Source: Balanoglossus misakiensis
Taxonomy: Eukaryota > Animalia > Hemichordata
Direction of reading: 5' to 3'
Length of the DNA: 64,000 nt
NCBI GenBank assembly: GCA_040954595.2
Contig: CM082592.2
Coordinates: 7,055,677-7,119,676, forward strand
Part shown: piece by piece, positions 57,101 through 64,000 of the stretch
How the letters are laid out: every line of letters starts with the position of its first letter
How positions within the stretch are numbered: the first letter of the stretch is position 1
Position numbers and translations under genes: made by a program
Notes under the pieces: model-generated
Database searches by the model: none
What the model saw: only the letters and a program-made list of their open reading frames with translations
What the model was told of the DNA's origin: nothing

Positions 57101-58625
57101 GATCCAAATTGCTAGGCAACCACTGCTAAAGAGGATATCCGAAATCAATAAAAGTGCCATTTGTCAATTTTCTCTGAATGAGAAATGAATATAGTACGAT
57201 ACATTATGTAATGTAGGTTTTGGGAGAAGTAGGTTGAACATTACGAGAGTTAAGACAGTTTTTGAAATTGCTACACTGAATGGAATGTATTTCGTACACC
57301 TATATGTATGCTTGGGTTATGATCCATTTTCTCATTTGTACAGTGCTATTGTTCCACAGTCCCAAACCAATCAAAAGATTACAGAATGAACAAGTTGCTG
57401 CACACGTCACTTAATTGTGCGAGCCCACAGAGATGCCAATGGTGTTTTCCCATCAGCAAAAGATGCAAAATGACATCTGCAACTGATTTATGCAGATATT
57501 TTGTTTCATCAGAATACCAGATAAAATCTATATGAACAGGTGGTCAAAAGAATATCTTTATTTTTCAGTAACTTAAGAGTAACATGTTAAAATTATATAT
57601 TCTGATGGATATTAATTACCTTGGTCAGAGATTATAAAGTACATGTATATATGGGAACACAAATTGCAGAGGGACGCAACATTTCTTAGCAGGGCAGGGA
57701 GTACAGTATCTTGGCTAAAATTTACAATTGATCATTTGACTTCTGTACAGTATGATGACACTGTTTATCTGATAAATAGTGTCATCATACTAGTGCCATC
57801 ATACTGTACAGAATTCAAATGATCAATTGCATATGTTAGCCAAGATACTATATTCCCTGTCCTTGGAATACGTAATACAGATGTATGCACTAAGCTGCAC
57901 CATAAGATAGAGAGTTGTACTTTGAAACAGATAAATTGATTGGGGAGTGGAGCAGTGTTGTTGGAACAACCAGTACAGGACTGATCAGGTTCTGTAGCAT
58001 GTAGCTTGTTTAATTACAACATTGTGGCATATTCAACATGAGAAACTAAACGTATGAGACTGTCAATAAATAAATAATGTAACTTGTAAGACTTTATCAA
58101 CAGTCCCATTCACAAGTCAGGAAGCCACACAAGTACATCTTACAAGTCTATGTAAACGTTCCTATCAGTCTAAAGACACCCTGTCTAGATTGTGCAAATT
58201 CACTGCAGCCTTTTATTAAATTTGCAGGGGGTGTTATTAAGTCAAACTGGAGAATGAAATGCGTTTCCTGTGATCATGACGTGCCTAGCCCCACACATGC
58301 ATCATGGGTCATGGCCAAGTTTCAAGTCAAGATCCATGGCTGACACGACCAACGCCTCCCAACTGAGTGGGGTGTAAACATGTCATTCCGTCAGGGAAAT
58401 TATCCAGAAATAAAATTTGGTAACTTTGACATGCATGGGTAGTGGGGGAATTGATTGAACCGAACTCGTTGAGGCATGTCATATACGCCAAGACTAACAG
58501 GAAGTGCGACAAACTCACAGAAAGTTAAAACTTACAGTCAAACTGTCATCAATAGTGAGCGGAATTTGCCTGCCCTGGAACGGGAACTTCTCCTCTCTTT
58601 GGCATACTGCTACCAACTTTGCCAT
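51154..58625 (-). CDS. GGNBP2: Gametogenetin-binding protein 2 (ZNF403); spliced
   Basis: Exons 58536-58625 (MAKLVAVC..RQIPLTIDDSLT), 56837-56929, 56457-56566 (VPCVGCRR), 55897-56043, 55429-55527, 55027-55137 (WMDVWEVLSQECRDEV), 54280-54483 (RFCSECKSKV..EKGYCPTLYEGLRCC), 53108-53282 (RRERHAKTIDIAQEEVLTCLG), 52657(or 52636)-52899, 52232-52484, 51937-52031, 51590-51694, 51154-51375. Confidence 0.94.
51438..51492. repeat. Two-copy 26-bp tandem duplication in the last GGNBP2 intron
   Basis: AAGCTCTAGGCACAGATATAGCATGG followed by AAGCTCTAGGTACAGATATGGCATGG. Confidence 0.75.
56381..56445 (+). mobile_element. Truncated copy of the 85-bp MITE (GGNBP2 intron)
   Basis: CACCACCATGGTTTGGTCTGA..GGGGAAATGGGGGTGTGAAAGGG|TTAG shares internal and terminal motifs with 21150-21234. 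Confidence 0.6.
57691..57863. repeat. Long inverted repeat / foldback element in GGNBP2 intron 1
   Basis: The ~72-nt left arm AGGGCAGGGAGTACAGTATCTTGGCTAA..GATCATTTGACTTCTGTACAGTATGATGACACT pairs with the right arm AGTGCCATCATACTGTACAGAATTCAAATGATC..TTAGCCAAGATACTATATTCCCTGTCCT (about 8 mismatches). The centre is itself palindromic, with a 14-nt duplication. Confidence 0.85.
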
Positions 58626-59811
58626 AGCTTTTCGGACTTAATAAGAGACACTTTACTCTATATTGTTATCCAATAGTACCATGTACTCATTTGGCAATCA
58701 ACTGTAACAATGTGGGGACGTTCCCGGGGAAATTTTACGTTGATATTTCCAATATTCCACGTCGGCTCGCGCCTAGACTTGAACTGATGTGATTCTGCCG
58801 AAGCACAAACCAAACCAACGAAATCTGAACCACTACGCATTAAAATAGTTTATTCCAAAATATAATGCTTTAGTTTAAATTTCTGTTGAATGAGATTTAA
58901 CAAATACTTTATAAGTTGAAAAGGGCTAAGTATTTTGTTTACTTTAATATGATTTTGCTTAAAATCCGAAATACAGAATTTGCGGATTGGTTTCAACATG
59001 TACACAAAGTGAAAAGCCCAAAATGGCGGAAATCGAATTTTGCACACGTCACCTAAGTTCAGTTTGTTTTCTCCATCTTTCCTCTTGGACGTAAACTCGA
59101 TGGTCATGTGACTGAGAGTACATGTACGTACATGGACTCCTCAACAACCAACACGCATATTATTCACTGATATGAAAATTATACACTACATATACTATTA
59201 CATTTCAGGACTTCTCTATTTTTGGAATTGGCTGTCTTTGAATGATAACTTACGAGTGTGCTGCATGCTGTTATGAAAACTTGCGAGTGCACTTTTACAG
59301 AAAAAACAGCAATCATGTTTCAGTGTCGTTACACTGGTCGAAAAATATTTGAGAATAAACGAAGGACTTCACTCTATTTTTGGAATTTATGATAAAAAAA
59401 ATAACACGATCTCTACAGCATTGCCTGAAATGCTTTAATGTTCTTTTCAATTTTCATCAGCAACCAAATATGGGACAGCAGAAAGTGGTGCATACTGAAT
59501 GATAGAATATGGTATATGAAAATGACCCGTTTTGACATTTCCTTAAAAGCCCATCCTTTTTTTTCCAGGGGAGTACTACTTTGATGCATTTGAGGCTCTT
59601 CAAGCCCATGCTTGTGCTGGCCAATGCAACCACTGTGGCGATGGCCGAGATTAGGCAAAATCACAATATTACACATACAACCACGACTTTTTCTTGCAAC
59701 CCCCTTGCATCACACACCAGACAATCACAAAGAGAATTTTCCTCAATAAATTTATTTCCTCATACACTGAATGTTCACATGTACAAATATTTCAAGCTCT
59801 TAGTTTTTCTT

Positions 59812-61416
59812 TTAGAAGACCATTTCATGAGGATATTGTTTTGTACTAAGAGCAAAGCGAGACAGCAAGTATCCTTTCATCTGTGGCACTGCCTTGATGA
59901 TCGGCAGAAGCTGTCTGTCCACAGTCAACTGGTCTTCCTTTCTCTCGTCCGACACTTTGTATTCCTGTAAAAAAAGAAAAGAACCAAAACTTGCCAGGTT
60001 ACAAAAATTGCCATCCACAAGGCAATGCTTTTCTTCCTAATCTCAGCTTTATTTCTTCCTTTCAAGAGACCCAGAAAGATAACTCTTGACAGAGCAAATT
60101 TCATTCACAGCCTATCTGTCGTCTCCAACTACATCTCACCTCTTTTGTCTCGTCGAATATTTCTCCTTCTTGATGTTTTGGCTTCCTCAACTTCTTTCTC
60201 TTGAAGTATTCATCATTAAGCCTTTGCGGGAGCTTTACTCCACTGATGTCGATTTTGGCGCTGGTTGCGATGACGTAGATCTGGTTGATACGACGCATTG
60301 GTACACCATTCACTTTCATTGGTCCTACAATGGGATAAGAAAAGAGACACACCTTACAGAATTTGGTAAAGCAGATCAACCCTTTCATCCCCAGTTCTCT
60401 CTATAGATGTCCACATTTACCATAGAAAACAACGGGCTTGGGCTGAACCATGTTGGTGAAAGGGTTAACAAATTTCCAAGCCTCAATAAAACTTGCAGAT
60501 AAGTTTCGTATTACTTCATGTGCGTATGCAACCAATGGAATCTGTCAGAGACATTCAAAAATTGATGAGAAATGATCGTGTAGTTTTTGACCATGGCAAA
60601 TTCGAAACCAGGTGCCACGGCAAATTGGAGACGAAATGTTAGGCAAACCTACCAGTGACCAACAGCAAGCCAGATGCCAGCTGTTTCAAGAAGACGACCC
60701 TCCTGCCCTTGTAGCGACCAGCCACGAGGATCAGGACAGTACCAGGAGTGATGCTGCCTCGGAGTTTGTGTTTGTGCTCACTGAAGGGCTTCTTACGGCT
60801 ACGCTTCTTGGGCGGCAGTTCTTCAGTTGGGTAGTAGCGAGGCTGGAAGACAATAATTTCAATGCAAGTCAATGTAAGGAGAAACGGTAGGTTTGGACTG
60901 AAACATGGTGGTAAAAGGGTTAATGATTCACACCAGAAGATAAATATGTTTGCACTTATCACTTACACTTCTCCTGACACGGACAAGACGTTTGCCTCCG
61001 TTTTTGTCGCCACCAATTTGCTTCTCAACAAACCTTGGTGTCTGGACTTTTTCCTTCTTGACTACAGTCTGTTGAAATAATGGGGAAAAAGACAAATTTA
61101 TCAGCATATCATTGTTCATGGTCAGCAAATTCAACTACCTTAGATAAAAGAGGCAATTCACCATTTTTGAGCATTCACCACCTCTGCCATTGTTTCTGGG
61201 AGATAATGCACAGCAGTGGCACTCCTGGTCTGTGATTTGACAAAGTTATGAGCTGTGGGATGGTTGCTTGGTTCATACATTTTGCCATGCACTCACCCAT
61301 TTCTTTTTGTATGTTGCTGTTCTTGCATACATAGCTGACCGTCCGTAACGGGAAATCCCGCCGGACAGCATCTTGTTGCGGCAACTATGGCCTTTCTTCT
61401 TTTTGTCGTCAGCCAT
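59812..61416 (-). CDS. RPL6: 60S ribosomal protein L6 (eL6); spliced
   Basis: Exons 61297-61416 (ATG), 60967-61068 ([12 protein letters not shown]), 60653-60842 ([42 protein letters not shown]), 60140-60324 ([17 protein letters not shown]), 59812-59964 (YPHEMVF*). Minus-strand AATAAA at 59751-59756. Confidence 0.96.
60380..60464 (-). mobile_element. 85-bp piggyBac-type MITE (RPL6 intron)
   Basis: TCAA|CCCTTTCATCC...GGTGAAAGGG|TTAA; the reverse complement aligns along its length with 21150-21234. Confidence 0.8.
60870..60919 (-). mobile_element. Partial copy of the 85-bp MITE (RPL6 intron)
   Basis: GGTTTGGACTGAAACATGGTGGTAAAAGGG|TTAA is the reverse complement of the family's left end. Confidence 0.6.
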
Positions 61417-62169
61417 CCTTTAGCAAAGATAAGATATCAAGTATTAGAATTCAACACAAAAGTGATCTTCCCCTTGTTTTTCACATCAACTGAACAGTCA
61501 TCTCCTTGACATTGTGTATCTTACCCTAACCATTGCGCACACTAAAAAGCATGCTTTTCATATGCTTTGCGCAGTATAATAGGCCTAAGCTTCACGTTGG
61601 CTTACACTAGTATCCAGCCTGTAGAGTACACTGCACTGACCAACTGACTAGTGGGGATATGTCCACAGGTAACTGTTCAGGTCTTATAACAATGATGCCG
61701 ACACATATCACTTCTGGGTGACCCAAATACACATTTTAGAGGCACGTGTATTTAAGAACTTGACAGTGTTGAGACCGGCATTTCTACACTTCAAGCATGG
61801 AGGTACTCATAGTGCCTCCATGCTTCAAGTTTCTTCAGCATAGTCTTGAGATAAGTGATGACTATACTTCACGTGCTTATCCAATGATGAGAATACTGAA
61901 CGTGAAATGAACATGCAATCGAAATTTCGTAAAACCTGGACAGTACCTAAGTAACAACTAACGAAAATATACGATTATGGTGGGGTTTGGATATCCCGAA
62001 GATCTAATAGTAGCATGTATACGACTTGCACTAGTTCATGCAGTGGACTAGTTTATTCAGTCACTCACATCAGTGAATGGCCATCGAGTGTACATCACCA
62101 ATCATAACACATATACATAATGTCCATTTTTTCAACATTCCGCGACCTATTGATTAAAATTTATGGTAG

Positions 62170-62414
62170 ATACGAAAGAGGGATAACTATATTATTCCTT
62201 CGTTACGTTGGGCTTTTAATGTGATCGTGGATGTGGGAGATTGGGATCCGATAACTACGGACAAGCTCCTGATCGCCATACTTACTTTGAGGCAACCTAG
62301 GGTAAGAGGACAACATACGGGTGCTCGTTCTACACATGTACTCATATAATGATGACGTAGGACACATGCACTCACCGGAAGTCAATGTTCTCAGCGTAAG
62401 GAAAACAAGGGCAG
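62170..62414. promoter_or_regulatory. Bidirectional promoter RPL6 <-> INO80E
   Basis: Minus-strand pyrimidine initiator (TCCCTCTTTC, TCT/TOP-like, about 62173-62183), typical of ribosomal-protein genes. ETS motif ACCGGAAGT at 62374-62382. INO80E first-exon donor at 62414. Confidence 0.55.
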
Positions 62415-62783
62415 GTAAGTTGTGTCACTGTTATGAAGAGAAAGTTGCAAAAAGTAAGTGTAAAATGCTTTGAACAACTTGAAAATACAATGCATCATGT
62501 TAGTGTAAGAAAACAGACAATCCCAGCCCCCAAAACTTGTGTTTCCAATGCAGTGGTGGCGCTCTCACCATACGATGGTCTATGTTATTGTTTCGATATT
62601 TTGATAGTGATGACTTTGACTTGCACCAAGCTAAACGTGAATTTGTGCTCAACAATCCCAATAAAGCCATTCCCATAAAACAAAGAATATTTTTCAAGCT
62701 TGATAATAACATTTTCATCATTTTTCAGAGATTCGTACTGCTTATGGTAAACAACTTGAATGTGAAAACAACAAAACTATGTT

Positions 62784-64000
62784 ATGATGCCGGTTGCAGG
62801 TAAGAATCATATGCACCATACATCAATGATAATACAGGCTTGAGTATGTCCATAGATGATTTAAAAATACATGAGAATTGGCAAAAGATACACCTCCTTA
62901 TATTGTTTTTGTCTGTATATCAAACCAAAATGTACAACACATGTCAATGTTCATGATTGTTTACCAAAAATATTTTTTTTTCCACTCCAGATGAGTTCAA
63001 CTCTGACATAGGCGAGTCACCTAACTACAAACAGAAATACAAAACCCTGAAGAGGAAACTCAAATACTTAGTATATGTAAGTTTTCCAAGGAGTTTTAGA
63101 GCATCATATGAGCTTATCGGCACCTGTGACATTTGACTGTTTGTTCTGGGACAGTTAACTATCCAGGTCTTGTCTGCTATATCTTCATTCTATGATAGAT
63201 AAAGTGTTTGTGGGATATTTACAACATTTTTTTTTTCTTTCAGGAGCAAGAATGTTTCAATGAAGAGCTGAAGAGAGCTCAGAGGAAATTACTGAAAGTG
63301 TCGCAGGACAAAAGCTTTCTGTTGGATAGACTGCTGCAATATGAACAGATAGAGGACTCGTCTTCAGATTCAGACGACACAGATTCATCATCGAGTGATG
63401 ATGTCAAGGTGAGATTGGGATTCATTTTCAGATGCTTGAATTGAAAGGAGTAAGTGAATTATGCAAATACTTACTTTGCATAAATCAAGTTGAAGATTGT
63501 AGAAATTTAAAAGTGTAACATTTTCATTCAACCCAGGACATTGTTCAGAAATCCAAAAGGAAGAAGACAACGTCACAGCCACTGCCTTCGCTTCCGTACG
63601 GTCTAGAAGGGTTTAATCCACAAATTCTTAGTGCCATGGGGTATCCAGGATTTCTGCCATCAACATCCCAGGGCACATCACACTTACATGTAAGTCTAAG
63701 TTCTCACTCACAGATGATGATTTTATGCCACGGCAAACTATGTAATTAATTCTAATCATCATGATACTAATATCAGTGCCTTTGTTTCTGTTCATAGAAT
63801 CCAATGTTTTCAGATATTCCACCCAAGAAACCAAAGAAAAGCAGGTCTTCAAAAGCTGGTGAGTTTGAGTTATATTTGTGATCCAATAAATCATGAAAAC
63901 TATTGTTTTTACGAGCTTTTTACGATCCAAAGATTTCATGTCTTACTCAGTGTTGTCATGCGTTTGTTTTAGGGTCGTCCAGTAAATCGAGCGGTGGAAG
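62784..64000 (+). CDS. INO80E: INO80 complex subunit E; 3'-partial, spliced
   Basis: Exons 62784-62799 (MMPVA), 62991-63076 ([17 protein letters not shown]), 63244-63408 ([41 protein letters not shown]), 63537-63689, 63798-63858, 63973-end. A probable non-coding first exon ends at the donor at 62414 (CAG|gtaagt). The start codon is inferred. Confidence 0.9.

Noticed and set aside
61095-61170. Possible C/D-box snoRNA in an RPL6 intron (ATGGTGA ... CTGA ... CTGA on the minus strand)
   Set aside because: Box C is imperfect, the terminal stem is weak, box D is only about 30 nt from the acceptor, and I could not identify a 10-nt or longer rRNA/snRNA antisense element. It needs snoscan.
61855-61900. 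GTGATGA...ATGATGA...CTGA box C/D-like motif set
   Set aside because: It is on the strand opposite to the host RPL6 and spans only about 45 nt.

Overview
Eukaryotic (animal) genomic DNA, not prokaryotic. It is AT-rich and gene-dense with short GT-AG introns, which fits a compact non-vertebrate bilaterian genome; the taxon cannot be fixed from sequence alone. Nine spliced protein-coding genes were reconstructed by hand: a ZNRF3/RNF43-like Wnt-receptor E3 ligase (+, 5' end outside the window), RPA1 (-), NF2/merlin (+), SNAP29 (-), BCAS3 (+), 14-3-3 epsilon (-), GGNBP2 (-), RPL6 (-) and INO80E (+, 3' end outside the window). Three pairs are head-to-head (RPA1/NF2, SNAP29/BCAS3, RPL6/INO80E). Non-genic items include an 85-bp piggyBac-type MITE family (5 copies), a 405-bp non-autonomous TIR element with a target-site duplication, a ~170-bp foldback in GGNBP2 intron 1 and a ~60-bp 28S rRNA fragment in the BCAS3 3' UTR. 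The most unusual observations are two short uORFs chained by ATGA stop/start overlaps into the merlin start codon, the rRNA fragment, and splice-site-bounded antisense exons across the ZNRF3 locus. No CRISPR arrays or tRNAs were seen, and I cannot support a wholly novel multi-gene system. Gene identities rest on recalled protein motifs, not database searches.
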